Below, piece by piece: positions 11,811 to 24,837 of a DNA stretch of 64,000 nt. The notes below the pieces were generated by a model. It saw nothing but the letters and a program-made list of their open reading frames with translations. It ran no database searches and was not told the origin of the DNA. Position 1 is the stretch's first letter. Every line of letters begins with the position of its first letter. Origin of the DNA: Felis catus. Lineage: Eukaryota. The translations under genes were made by a program, and so were the position numbers. The DNA is taken from positions 68,574,001 to 68,638,000 of the forward strand of contig NC_058368.1 in NCBI RefSeq assembly GCF_018350175.1. The letters are read 5' to 3'.

Positions 11811-14036
11811 GATAAGGAATTATTAATTACAGGAAAACAGAAAGATGTGTAAGCAAACAATTATAACAATTATAAGCCACAGTCATAGAAACTATGAATA
11901 TTGACTGAATGAAGAAATGTGGTATTTGGAGGAAATGGAGAGAGGGGTGGTGGAGAACAAAGTTCACATCTATCGCTGGGAAAATCCATAGGCAGCTAGA
12001 TCTACAAATTGAGCAAATAACATTATGACACTTCATTTTAAAACATATGTAAAAAGCCTGTAAAAATGGCCTAAAATTTTTAAACAAAGAGTTAAAAAAA
12101 AAAGGACAGGACAGAAGATCTCTGTTTTTCCTCATCGAAAATTTTAACTTTCAAGAGCACGTACATGTTTTATTTTACTACAAATTAGACTATGATTTAT
12201 CCATAAATAACAGAGGAAAGTATGAAAACAAATCTTCTCGAGTTGCAATAAAAAAAAAACCCTGTAAAAGCAAAAATGATAATTTAATGAAGATTTGTTT
12301 TCATGTTCTGGCTTTCTGTTTGTTTCCATGGTTTTTGAGCAAATATTTCTGTACCGTCTGCAAGGGACCTGCTAAAACCCACTACAAAACCTAGGTGTTT
12401 TGAAACATGAGAAAGGTTTCTGACAGGAGAATTTAGGCATTGGAATAGAAGGAATTGCTGGAAAAGCCTAGCAAAGAAATCTAGCAATCTGTACAGTAAG
12501 TTTGCAGTCAGTTCACGCCCTTTCCCTCTTTGGAATACAAAATTATAAATCCCAGTTAAAGAAAAACTCTCTTAATTAAGGGATGATCTTCACTTTTTGT
12601 AGCTTTTTAGTGATTTGGTCATAATAAAATTCCTAAGTCTTATGACCCCTCATACGTAATACCATTTTTGTGGGGTAAAGACTTCTCATGAAAATTTAAA
12701 TATGGTACGAGAATTTAAAGATCATGTTTACAATAAAATTACATTTAAATTATGAGCTTCTGATAAATCTTATGGCCATACTTTAAAATAAAATTATATT
12801 TTTAAAGGTATTGACTATGTATGTGTGCATGTGAATGTGTGGGAGAATGGGGGTGAATACATACGTGAACATGTAAAATTATTTCTAAAGTTGTTCTTTC
12901 AATTTTAACGAAATTAAAGACCCCTAGGTAAACATCTCAGGGTATGGCACCATGTAAGTCAGTATCTTTCTTGTAGAATGTTTTTGCTTTGAATCAACTT
13001 AATGTATCCTCCTCCTCTCCCCCTCCCCCTTCTCTTTCTTCTTATCCTCATACAAAGTCAAATATCAACTCTGCATAAACGGTACAATCAATAATGGGTT
13101 CATGCATATAGAAGGTGTATTAATTACTTTAGCTAATCAACTTAATAAAGACTGGGTTGATAATCCTAGTAAACTACCTCCAAAAGGCAATTTCTTGTTC
13201 AAAATAACCCATATTAGGATACATCCCAATGATTCAGATTCCCCCTAAATATAGTCCTATTTGAGAGTCATATGTTTGCAAGACTTGACCTCTCATCTGG
13301 AAGAGTTTTCTTCCTAGTCTACTGAGAAAACCTTAATCCTTTTTTAAATGGCTTTGACATCAGGTCATCTGACATTAGATGAATGCTCTTAACAACCTCC
13401 ACTTCTTAGCTTTTCATAGTAACCAGCCTGTCCCTGGCTCTGCAAAATGCCCACAGCAGACTCAGGGCAGCCTTCTTCTGGAGTGTTCTTCAGCGTTCCA
13501 GCTGGCTTCTCCCATCATGTCAGCATGTGTTCACCAGGAGTCACTTTGGACCAGTTGCTCCAGTGGTGTGTGTTATTGTAACCATGTGATTCAATTAGAG
13601 CTTACACAAATCAAGAAAATGTGCATGGGCAATAGATATATTTCTCTGAAAACTAAAAAGGCTTGATGAAGATAATCTTCAAAAATACAAAAAAAAACAT
13701 GCAAAGACTAATAGGCAAAACAAGTGTGAAATTTGGGGAAATTTGGGGGGAAAAAAGAAAAATCTAGAGGGATAGGATACCTCACAAGAATCTTTTTGGG
13801 TTCTACTACTCTTAATCCATTGAAACTGGAAATTATTGAAGATTCATCATAAATGTGGTTTGCGCAATAAAGATTCCCATCTCTGGGTTTAGACACTCAA
13901 AAAGGTTTGGCCCTTTATCAGAAGATTGACGAAAAACACAAACAACAACAAAATGATGTTTTATTTTAAATAAAATGCTTCAGGTTTGTTGGTTTTCGTT
14001 AAGTATCCACTTCGACTAACTTTCGATCCAACTTCT

Positions 14037-14253
14037 TTTTAAAAAAATTGTTTTAATGTTTACTTATTTTTGAGAGAGAGACAGAGCACTAGTGGGGGAG
14101 GGACAGAGAGAGAGGGAGACACAGAATCTGAAGCAGGCTCCAGGCTCTGAGCTGTCAGCACAGAGGCCCCCGCGAGGCTTGAACCCACAGACGGCAAAAT
14201 CGTGACCTGAGCCTAGGTTGAACACTTAACTGACTAAGCCACGTAAGTGCCCC
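14037..14253 (-). mobile_element. Can-SINE
   Basis: TSD gatccaacttct. Confidence 0.93.
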
Positions 14254-14354
14254 GGATCCAACTTCTGACCCAAGCTTTTAATTAACCAACTGTCCTTAAT
14301 AACATCTGACATCTTCCATCACAATCACTTTCTCATCTATAGTACTTTTGCTCA

Positions 14355-14652
14355 TTAATAAACAAATTCACTCAATATATTTAGTGCGTTAGGCACTAGG
14401 CTAAGTCTGGGAGGAGAGCTGTGAAAAAGGAAAGCAATGGTCCTGTTTTCATGGGGTTTACCATTGTTCATAGTTCTCTTTTAGTATCTCATTAAACTAT
14501 ACATATATGTTTACATATCTGTTTTCTTCTCTATTTGACAACCATTTATAAGGCAAAAAATGTCATTTTAATTTTTGTGTCTTCAGTAACTTATAAAGTA
14601 TCTGAGACTTCGTAGAAACTAAATAAAAGTTGGTTGAACTGAATTAATAAAT
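14355..14652. mobile_element. two L2 3' ends in opposite orientation
   Basis: attcactcaatatatttagtg...ggcactagg (-) and ...aataaaagttggttgaactgaat (+). Confidence 0.5.
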
Positions 14653-15627
14653 AAAGCCCCAAACTTTAAAAGTTCTAGTACTTACACACTCTTAGGGATC
14701 AACGTTGTGACACATAATTTGTAGATTTGTCTGCCTTAAGCCAAGGGGCAGAATTGGAACATAAGTATATGTGATTTTATTTTAAAGGGGAAAAAAATGA
14801 CTGCATGATTGCACAATTACTTATGAAATGGGGCATTATTTTCCAAGGGAAGGACTTCCACAGCAAGCACCCCCTTGCAGAAATTTGCACCGTAGTCAGC
14901 CCTCAGCAGGTCTCCAGCACAGAAGTTCAGCAAGGAAGTCACCTCCCAGTCAGGCAAGTGCCTTTTAATGAATTTGTCTGCACAAAAGATGAGTCAGAGA
15001 AACAATTCACTGCTAGTGGGGGGTGGGGGGGGTGGGCTTAAGCTGTGATTCTTCATATGTTGCTGGGTTCCTGCTCACATTTAACACTTTAATCCTGTAA
15101 TAACAGACTGGAATAGACATAAGGATTCCTCAGAACAGCTTGCACTTTTAACAAGTTTTATTCTGCTCAACAGCTCTTTATTCCCACCCAGCAGAAAAAT
15201 TAATGAAAAGTCGTGTATGAAACCGTAATCGGTACCATCGATAATTTCACCTTGGTCTAGATGCTCCTCACTAACTCTATGATGGAATCTGAAATTTGTT
15301 TCCAGGATTTGTTGCCCAAATGGCTACAGTTGTCCACATGTCCCCAGCTATATCTGCTCTGTCATCTGGTTTAAACGTCAGTCTTTGATGTTTCTGTGCT
15401 ATCCATGGATGTCAAGATTTCTTTAGCAGATGGTGGAGTTTCACACGAACAGTTTCTCAATATAACTGGAGCAGATATCTGGGTAACATGCAGCCATAAT
15501 TTACTAAAAGTACAGCTACCTTATTGTGCTGTTTTTCTTGAGAAATTTGAAAATACATAAATGTACCAGTAATATGTATCAATTATCCATGAACTACCAC
15601 CCAGTATTAAAAGTTGTTAACATTTTC

Positions 15628-15840
15628 GGGGCACCTGGGTGGCTTACTGGGTTAAGCGTCTGACCTCAGCTCAGGTCATGATCTCACGGTTCACGAGTTC
15701 GAGCGCTGCGTCAGGCTCTGCGCTGACAGCTTGGATCCTGGAGCCTGCTTCAGATTCTGTGTCTCCCTCTCTCTCTGCCCCTCCCTGACTCATGCTCTGT
15801 CTCTGTCTCTCTCTCTCAAAAACAAATAAACATTAAAAAC
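15628..15840 (+). mobile_element. Can-SINE
   Basis: perfect 18-bp TSD aaaagttgttaacatttt. Confidence 0.95.
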
Positions 15841-16013
15841 AAAAGTTGTTAACATTTTTGACATATTAGACTCAAATCTTTTTTTAAAAAAGTAATTTAA
15901 TAAAACATGATGAGTAAAACTGAAGTCACTTTGCCCTGAATTCTTAGTCTGAATTCTCTCTTCCTCCAAAGGTAGCCATTGTCATGAATTGAGTGTGTAT
16001 TTTCCAGTTTATC

Positions 16014-16016
<3 letters not shown>

Positions 16017-16048
<32 letters not shown>
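16017..16048. repeat. (CA)n
   Basis: direct. Confidence 0.95.
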
Positions 16049-16050
<2 letters not shown>

Positions 16051-16729
16051 ACTTCCAGGAGCATAAACGAGCATTGATTTATATGTTTTTAACTAACACG
16101 AATGACATCATATTATTATGTATTTTTATACCAAATTACACACTTTGAGACCTATTTATATATAAATATGTATTGCATTCCTTTTAATGCAATAAATGGT
16201 ATTCTATTCAATCAATATTCCACAATTTATTAATTCATTAACTATTGATGGACTATTAGTTGGTTCGGTTTCTAATTTTTCACCATCACAACGTTCTGTA
16301 TTTGTTTATTTCTTTTTGCACATAGGCAAGTTTCTCTAGACTGGCAGTGCTTAATGTGGTTTGTGGTCCACAAACTGGCCGTGGTCCATGGTAAGGTAAG
16401 GAGTCTATGACAGAACTGGTTAACTATGTCACAAGCACACTTTTCAGTTCACATGGACAGTACAGAGCAAGACTTTTCTGAGGGAGGCAGCGATCCTCTG
16501 ATGTACATTCTGGTGCAAGCTCTTGACCTAACCCCATGATCATACTGGGGGGGAACTGCTCCAGATGACACATAGAAAAGTGAAATTTCTGGGTCGTAGA
16601 GTATGTAGCTTTTCCATTTTACTAGGTACTATTAAACTCCTTTCCAGAGGGCTTGTCCCAACTTACTTATCCATAGTATCGGAAAAGTCTCATTTTTCCC
16701 CACCCTTTCCATTCTTACCCACTCTTTAT

Positions 16730-17066
16730 TTAAATACGTTTATTACAGTTTCACTGAGCTATAATTCACAAACCATGCCATCCACCCATTTAAATGATAC
16801 AAGTCAAAGGTTTTTAGTACGTTCACAGAGCCGTGCACCTCCCATCACAGTCAATTTTAGAACATTTTCGTCACCACTTTCCAAACCCCCAGTACTCTTT
16901 CGCTATCACTACCAGCCCCCCAACCTTCCCATCCCCTCACCCCTAGGCAACCACCAATCTGTACAGATTTTCCTAGACTCCTTTCACTAGCGTATTTTCA
17001 AGATTCATCCATGTCCCAGTATGCATCGTTACTTCACTCCTTTTTATGGTCAAACAGTATTTCCAC
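16730..17066 (-). mobile_element. L1MB-type 3' end
   Basis: gagctataattcac...cagtcaattttagaacattttc...cccctaggcaaccacc. Confidence 0.8.
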
Positions 17067-17139
17067 TGGGGGTGCAGGAAGAGGGGCATGCCAGGGCTGG
17101 AGTCCAGCTGGTGTAGACCATCCCCCCCTTCCCCCACCT

Positions 17140-17241
17140 CCACGCAGTGCTAAAGTACAGCACACCGCCCCCTTCCCCCACTTTCTCCTGCGCCTGCGCC
17201 TAGGGGCGCACAGCACCTGACCAGCTGCCGGCGACACTGAA
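17140..17241 (+). promoter_or_regulatory. 5' part of CpG island: promoter-like GC box plus NRF1-like site
   Basis: ccgccccc at 17165-17172, tgcgcctgcgc at 17189-17199; CpG-rich through ~18000. Confidence 0.55.
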
Positions 17242-17582
17242 CTGGAGGACCCGGGGGGCGGACCCCAGAGGAACCTGGACTCCGAGAGAGGTTTCCTCCT
17301 GTTCAGGGAAGTCAGGTCAGCCCTGGGAGAAGCTGGTGCTCCAATATCGGGACCACACAGAGGCCGCCTGGCACTCTGGAACTACTCAACTGCAGCAGGC
17401 CAGATGACCTGCGACTTCACCAGCTGGGCGCCCTTTGTGTCCACGATGTGCCCGAGCGCGTGGAGCGCGCATGCACGCCGCGCGAGAGCCTGCTCTGGAC
17501 CGACTCTGTGCACGTGACCTGGCAGCGCGGTCAGAGAAGCTTCAGGTTCAAGGGCCAGGGAGCAGGAGCCTGGGTGACAGAG
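17242..17582 (+). pseudogene. decayed first exon encoding a PH-like domain (DOK-like adaptor pseudogene)
   Basis: over three frames: GFLLFRE / GQPWEKLVLQYR / GTLELLN..LGALCVHDV..RVER..SVHVTW..RSFRFKG.GAGAWVTE, then donor GAG|GTGAGT; CTG in Kozak context at 17242. Confidence 0.6.
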
Positions 17583-18412
17583 GTGAGTGGCACACGGCAG
17601 TCGCCTCGCCCTTCCTATGGCCGGCGCCCACCCAGACATGCTCAGTGTGCTCTCAAGGTCAGCTGGGGCCCTGGACGCAGCGTGGGCGGTGCCCTTGAGG
17701 CAAAGCCACAGGCCAGAGGCTGCGCAGTGCGGGAGGGGGGACGGGGTCACTGCAGACCCGGGGGTCCCACCCAGACTGCCTGTGGGTGGTCGGCACCTGT
17801 GGAACCTTCGAGCCTCCGCAGGCCTGTCTACGCTGGCACCTGTCTTCCTGGGGTCGGGGCTGGGTCAGGGAGTCCCCAGTTTCTTGATTTCTGATTCCCC
17901 ATGTTCTCCCACGAAAGCAGGGTGTAGGCTGTGTTTCGGGGCGGCTCTTTGCACTCCTGGGGAGTGTGGCTGTGTCTGGGCCAGTGTCCCGCCCCTGCCG
18001 TGTGGTTTCTCTGACAACATAGGCCCTAGTTCCAATAACAGACTTAGAAAACAACAACAACAAAAAGCTTTATTGCGATATAATTTCATACACCACACAG
18101 TTCACCTATTTAAAGTGTAGAATTGGTGGCTCTTAGTATATTCACAGATATGCAGACATACCACAATTTTAGAACATTTTCATCATCTCGAAAAGAAAAC
18201 CCATATACCCTGTAGCTCTCACGCACCGCACCCTGCATCTGCTGCCCCAGACCTTAGCAGCTACTAGTCTTCTTTCTGTCTCTTTAGATTTCCTATTCCG
18301 GACTTTCAGAGGAACAGGCGCATACAATATGTGGTCTTCCGTGACTGGCTGTTTTCACTTGACGCAATATTTTCAGGGTTCATCCAAGTTGTAGCATATA
18401 ACTACTTCATTC

Positions 18413-18626
18413 CTTTTTTTTTTTAATGTTTATTTTTATTCGTGAAAGATAGTGCAGGAGTGGGGGAGGGGCCGAGAGAGAGGGGGACAGAGGATCTGAA
18501 GTGGTGACAGCAGGGAGCCCGACGCGGGGCTCGAACTCACCGACTGTGAGATCATGCCTGAGCCAAAGTCAGATGCTGACCTGAGCCCAAGTCAAGACTC
18601 AACTGATTGAACCACCCAGGTGCCCC
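18413..18626 (-). mobile_element. Can-SINE
   Basis: TSD tacttcattc; small internal duplication. Confidence 0.9.
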
Positions 18627-19129
18627 TACTTCATTCTTCGTTATGGCTAACTCCATTGCATGAATATACCACATTTTGTTTATTCTTTCGTCCATTGATG
18701 GACATTTGGGTTGTTTCCATCTTTTGACTGTGACAAAAATGCTGCTGTAAACATTGGCGTACAATGAAATGCCCCATTTTGTTTATTCATTAGTTGGTGG
18801 ATAATTGGGTTGTTTCCACTTTCTTGCTATTATGAGTGATGCTGCTATGAGCATTTGTGTGCAAGATTTTGTGTGAACATATGTTTTCACTTCTCTTGGT
18901 TAGATATCGGGGAAAGGACGGAATTGCTGGGTTACATGATAAGGCTATATTTAACGTTCTGGGGAACTGCCAGACTGCTTTCCAAAGTGTATACGCCATT
19001 TACGTTACCACAAGTAGTGTAAAAGGTGGAAGTGTGTAACTTTTGTTCTGATTTCTCCACACCCTCAGCAACACTTGCTATTAACCTTCTTTTATATCCA
19101 TCCTAGAGTGTGTAAAGTAGTCTTTCAGT

Positions 19130-19349
19130 ATTTTTTAATTTTTAATTTTTTTAAACGGTTATATTCATTTTTGAGAGACAGAGCACTAGCAGGGGAGGGG
19201 CAGAGAGAGAGGGAGACACAGAATATGAAACAGGCTCCGGGCTCTGAGCTGTCAGCACAGAGCCCGACGCGGGGCTCTAACCCACGAACCGTGAAATCAT
19301 GCCTGAGCCAAAATCAGATGCTTAACCCACTGAGCCACCCAGGCACCCC
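19130..19349 (-). mobile_element. Can-SINE
   Basis: antisense full-length. Confidence 0.92.
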
Positions 19350-19774
19350 TCGGTGTAGTTTTGATTTGCTTTTTCCTAATGACTAATAATGCGGAGCATC
19401 TGTTGATGTGTTTATTGACCGTTTGTATATCTTCTCTACAGAAATGGCTGTTCATATCCTTTACCTGTTCTTTAATTGGGTTATTTACCTTTTTATTTTT
19501 GAGTCATGTGAGTTCTTTATAGAATCTAAAGACAAATCCCTTATCAGATACAGGCTTTGAAAATTTTTCCAAGTAATTGGTTCTATTTACATTTTTATAA
19601 TTGTAAATGAGGTATAATATACATCAGTACAGATCAACTAATATATACAAATTTAATATATAAAAACTGGTGTGTGTTATATATATATGTGAATGTATAT
19701 GAATGTACATGTACATGTATATGTCTATGTGTATGTGTATATACTATATATGCATATATAGTCTGCTAATACAA

Positions 19775-20740
19775 TATATTGCTGGATTTGATTTTCTAAT
19801 ATTTTCTTAAGGCTTTTGTGACTGTTTTCATGAGCAGTATCAGTCTGCAGCTTCCATTTCTTAGAAGCTCTTTGGGTTTGTGCCAATGTGCCAGCGACAC
19901 AAAGTGGCTGTTTTTTCTCAAGAGTCTGTGGAGGTTTGGTATCATTTCTTCCTTAAGTGATTGACAGAATTCAACAGTGAAGCCATCTGGACCTGATATT
20001 TTTCCATGGCAAGAATTTAATGACAAAGTCCTTTTGTATTGGAAGCTGGGCATAGTGGATTTTATATTGTTGAGTTCTGGGTTTTGTTATCTTCCTGCAA
20101 ACAATGATGGACTTTAAGAAGACGCTTGAGTTACTTGTGGACCAGCTGATGATTTTGAGGTTTACTTTTGTGGTTTGTCAGTGGGTTTACAGCAGTCTTT
20201 CTCTAAATCTAGCTTAATCCCACTACTAAAGCTGGACTCTCATGTCCTTGTGGAATGCTTTCCATAGGGCTGCTTGGAACTGGATGTTCTCTCATCCCCT
20301 GTGAGCTCTAAGACTTGTTCAGCCGGAAGTTCTTCGGCCAGCGTTTCATACACATGCAGAAGTTAATATTCAGCCTCGGTCTCCAGGGGAAACCTCTGTA
20401 CGTTCTGGAGCTCTTACTCCATGAAGCACTTTTTGCTCCTTTACTCTGTCCCACGGATTCCAGATGCTTCACCTTCCCCCGGCACTAATCTCTGCTACCT
20501 TGCCTCTGGGAGACCCCTGTGACCTCGCTTGGGTCTCCCTGTCTGCACTGTGATGCAGAAAGTGTCTCTAGGAAGAAAGCTGAGGCTCACCTTATTTGTT
20601 CCCCTAATTTCAGGGATCGCAGTCCCGCACTGCTTGTTGTCCAATATCCGAACATAGTTGCCATGTTTATTTTGTTTGGCTTTCTGTCTGTTTATGGTGG
20701 GAAGGTAAGTTCGTTTCCAGTTACTCTACTATGGCTGAGG
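19775..20740 (-). mobile_element. old L1M ORF2 and 5' fragments
   Basis: minus ORF reads GPDGFTVEFCQSLKEEMIPNLHRL (L1 ORF2 motif GPDGFT.EFYQ.FKEE). Confidence 0.75.
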
Positions 20741-21499
20741 TGGAGGTGTCCACACAAAACCCAAATTCATAAGAATACTAGTCTTTATCCAAATAGTCAA
20801 GAGAAATCCATTCTTTCCTCCCTTGAATCCCTTGCTTTGCAATAGTTTAGGGCTCTTACTCAGTCCAGAGGATTCAGGGCCGATTTCTGTCTGATTACCT
20901 GAGAACAGAGCAGGAAATGTGCTCAGTGTCTTGAAGAGACTCCCTCTCCCTTCTCTTTCGGCTGCTGTCACTGCAACTACTCCCTCGTGTGGCCATTGTG
21001 ATGGGGGCATCAGCGTCAGCAACATGCTTCCATGCCTTGCCTGAGGTAGATCCTCTTGTGTCGCCCATATCTCTCTACTACAGAATATCCTTAGTGATAG
21101 TCATGAAAGAAAATGAGTATGTTTCATGTGCGAATTAAAATGTTCACTTACCAAACAAAAATATTACACCTTTCAGCGAGCTCTCTGTTTCACACGGTTT
21201 CAAGTTCCAAGTAACAGGTCCAAGAAATCCCACAATTTAGAGAATTGAAACAATCTGAGTTTTGTCTCTTTGACTTTATAATCATTGCACTATCATTGTT
21301 TATATATAATTTACCGTTTAAACACAGGAATGGGTCATTTCACGGAGGTTAGTGACACAAACTGCCTTTGAAGCCAGCTAAAAATAGCCAAACCATTACA
21401 AACTTGGCCTTGAAAAACTCCTGTAGAGCTAATTCTGCATGTTGATGGCTGAGTGCGTAACTCAAAGATCTCTGAGTTGAATTTCCTATAAAATGCAAT

Positions 21500-21690
21500 A
21501 TTTATTAAAGTATAGGTAATATTATATATATATTTATTTAGTATTATATATTATATATAATATATTTAACAATATGTTATTAAATGTATATAATGTGTGT
21601 ATATGTTTAATACATAATTAACAATATGTAATATGTATAATACATTATACATGTTATATAATATATATAAATTATATATATTATTAATTC
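21500..21690. repeat. AT-rich (TA)n low complexity
   Basis: direct. Confidence 0.85.
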
Positions 21691-21785
21691 CAAGGGGGAG
21701 TATTTTTTTTCACAAGGGAGTGTTTTATCACTGACATTAGAATTGCAAATACTTGGTAATAATAAGCAGACTAACTAGTAGCTAT

Positions 21786-21986
21786 TTTTTTTGAGAGAGA
21801 GAGAGAGAGAGAGCACGAACATCGAGTGGGCGAGAGGGGCAGAGGAAGAGGGGCAGAGAGAATCTTAAGCAGGCTCCACACCCAGCACAGAGCCCGATGC
21901 GGGGCTCGAACTCAGGACCGTGAGATCATGACCTGAGCTCAGATCAAGAGCCCTGCACTTAACCAACTGAGCCACCCAGGTGCCCC
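21786..21986 (-). mobile_element. Can-SINE
   Basis: TSD tagctRtttt. Confidence 0.92.
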
Positions 21987-23381
21987 ATAGCTGTTTTTAT
22001 TCCTGTTTTTAAAACTGACTACAGAACAAAAAACAAACTGCCTGCAGGCACTTCACTCCCTTACGTGCCTGTACTCTGGGTGGACCCCTCCCACCACCCG
22101 CCTTGATATGCCTTCCTCTTCAACCCAGGGCAGCGCCCCCTCTCTGTGATCATGACAGTTTGAACCTAAGCAGTCCACTGTAGGCCCTGCCCATCTCTGA
22201 GCCTTCTTTGTGGCCCACGGCTCTGCATTGCCCTCAGTCCAGCAGACTTTGTTCAGGTGCCAAGGGCGGGGTGGGGGGGCAGAGAATATCACCTTCACTC
22301 GCACGCAAACGTAGGCTGGACTCTCAGTATACCAACTTCTTAGTGACAAAGCTCTCACTTCACACACACCCGCAGGAGCGTGTGCGGCTGGATGGGGGGG
22401 GGGGGGGGGGGGAGGGGGTCTAGCCTGGTGGAAATATTTTATATAGCATCGTTATGTTCATTTATATTCAAAGTGATTTGTGTTCATGTTTATATTCAAA
22501 GTGATTGGCATATTGTGGGGTTTTTTTGGTAATAAATTGCCTTGCTTTGATATCAGTGGTATGTCATGGAATGGGCTGGAACTTCTGTAACTCTCTGCAC
22601 TATAAAACAACAGCCCAGCTTATAGAAACTCCACTTCCTGAAGTTTTAGCCCTCCCCTCACCAATAAAATCCTTTCTGGCTTGGAGCCTTTTGGTGAGAG
22701 AATATTTCACTAAAATTTTGCAATAAAATAAAAATAAATTTAGCTTTTGTTTACGCCTGCACTTACAAAGAATCCAGTTCCTGCAGAAAAGGCAGAGATG
22801 AAGGTAAAGGACTCAGATCCCATCATCTATGAATAATCATTACCATTTGGACTTTCATAAAAACAGAGTCCTCTATTTTTCTCAGTAAAAAGTATTAAAT
22901 GTAATTTATCTGAATTTAATAGAAGAAAGATAAGCTGAAGCAAAACCAGAGAGATCCCTTAACCTTCACATAAATATTTCTTCATTCCATGAGATATTTC
23001 TCAATTAAAAAAAAAAGCCCTCTAAAATTAAGGAAAGAGACTAAATAAAACCTTGAGAATGTAGAGTCATTATGTCTCATTAAATACATAATATAATTTT
23101 AGACAGTGTCGGCTGATTACCTGCAGGGCTAGATAAGGGCATTAGCAATTTCATCCTTTCTCTTATTGCCAAATATTTATTTTCCGTAACCATAATTCTC
23201 AAAGTTGTTTAGTATTTGTTTCATATGTAAGATAAATTCAATCCTCACGGCCAGAACAGTCTCTTCATTTATTAGTTCTTTGCTTTATATTATCTCTGGA
23301 TTTTTTCATCAAATAATCTGCTGAAGAGGGTTCGCGTGGTATTTCGTATGTATGCCTGAGCATTTCCTTTATACTAGAAAG

Positions 23382-23555
23382 CAGGACTGGCTTTGTCAGT
23401 GCGCAACACACGCTACTGCACGGGGGCTGGCACTTGGAAGGACCCCGTGCTTGGTTTAATATTGTTGTCACAGTCTTGAAAGTTTTAATATTCTTTTAAG
23501 TAAGGGGTTCTGCATTTTCATTTTGCTCTGAGACCCCCCCAAATTCTATAGCGCT
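23382..23555 (+). mobile_element. MER91A-like hAT MITE
   Basis: gaaggaccccgtgcttggtttaat...gtcttgaaa...aaggggttctgcattttcattttgc. Confidence 0.8.
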
Positions 23556-24109
23556 TGCAAGACAAGACATTTGTGGACACTAGTCCTGAGTCACTCTTTC
23601 CTTCAGAACACAGCATCAGTGTCTTCTGGCATTCACCACCACTGGAGAGAGTTGGAGGCCAGCCTGACGGCTTTCGCTGCTTAGGGCATATGATATCGCT
23701 GCCTGAATGCCTGAAGAAATCCTTCATCTTTGAAATTCAACCACTTCACCAGGATATGCCTCCGTGTTAAGCTTTCTACATTACAGTTTTTTGGAACACA
23801 GTATGCTCCTGCTTCAATCTGCAGATTTGTTTCAGAGAATGATCCTTATATAACGTGTTTAGATTTTTTTTTTTTTTAAAGAAAGTAAAGAGGCAGACCT
23901 GGACCTCCATCTGCTCTTTATTAAAGTTGCTCTCCCCTTGGACCTCAAGCCTCCAGCAGCAGCACTGAAGGAGGCCCAGAACCTCTTCCTCCAGGAGTGA
24001 GGGGGGGAGATCCCTTAAAAGAGCAAAACAAAGCCAACCCTGACCCCAAATCCCTTTCTAACTAATTATGGTAAAACTGCTTGAAAAAGCTGTCTGTTAC
24101 TACTGATCC

Positions 24110-24285
24110 CAGCTTTGGAGTGGTGGTGACTTCCTGCTGCTGCTAATCTCTTAGCTCAACAACACCCATCTGTCATTGCAACTCTCCCATCACATGTGTA
24201 ACCAATTTCTTGCGCTAAATCCCCTCACCCCTGTTGCAAAGACTTAAAGCAGTTTCTGTCTCCTTGGTTCACTCCTGACGGATAG
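24110..24285 (+). mobile_element. LTR33-like ERVL LTR 3' part
   Basis: acttcctgctgctgctaatctc...atcacatgtgtaaccaatt...gtttctgtctcct...cctgacggata. Confidence 0.65.
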
Positions 24286-24289
24286 ATCC

Positions 24290-24793
24290 ATGGGTGAATA
24301 CTTTAGTAATATCCGTCAGACTGCACTTTTTATTTGTGTTATTTAAATCCCGTATACCTTTTCTGATAGTTCTTTGGTTTGCCTGGTCTACCAATTACTC
24401 AAGAATTAAAACGTTTTTCATTGTACTGCAGGTGTGTCCATTTCTCCTTGTAGTTGTATCATTATTGTTATAATCATTGTTATTCATTCTGCAGATTTTA
24501 TTAATATGCATTATTTTCAGTGCATACAAGATTAAAATTGTTACATATTTCAAGTTGGAATTCTTTCACTTTATGAATTACATGAGCCCTTCCAAGTTGA
24601 AGTGCCCAGAGGGCTTTGGTGGGGGAAAGTGTGGTTTTAGTCTGCACATTTCTTTTCTGCGTGTAATATTTTTCTTTCTCTGGTTTCTGTGCCCTTTTGT
24701 TCCAGTCTTCTTTTTCTTCCAAACATTGTTCAAAGTTTCTGGTTCTCTAGTTTCACACTTCTTCCCCAGCAACGTGATAGATGTATTCTTTTT

Positions 24794-24837
<44 letters not shown>

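Larger units (their letters stand above)
15540..16330 (-). mobile_element. L1ME 3' remnant containing a SINE and a (CA)n
   Basis: tattccacaatttattaattcatt...attgatggac...ttggtt. Confidence 0.6.
18065..19570 (-). mobile_element. L1MB-type 3' region with two SINE insertions
   Basis: ctttattgcgatataattt...gatggacatttgggttgtttcc...aactgccagactgctttccaaag. Confidence 0.85.

Noticed and set aside
12365..12501. Exon-like segment ending in a GTAAGT donor
   Set aside because: All + frames contain stops and the acceptor is weak.
17587..18120. Overlapping 130-180 aa ORFs on both strands
   Set aside because: Expected from high GC content; they lie past the splice donor and run into L1.
21084..21126. 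MKENEYVS resembling the DOK linker MEENELYS, near an acceptor-like site
   Set aside because: Too short, and splice phases do not join exon 1 to the PTB exon; cannot be supported.
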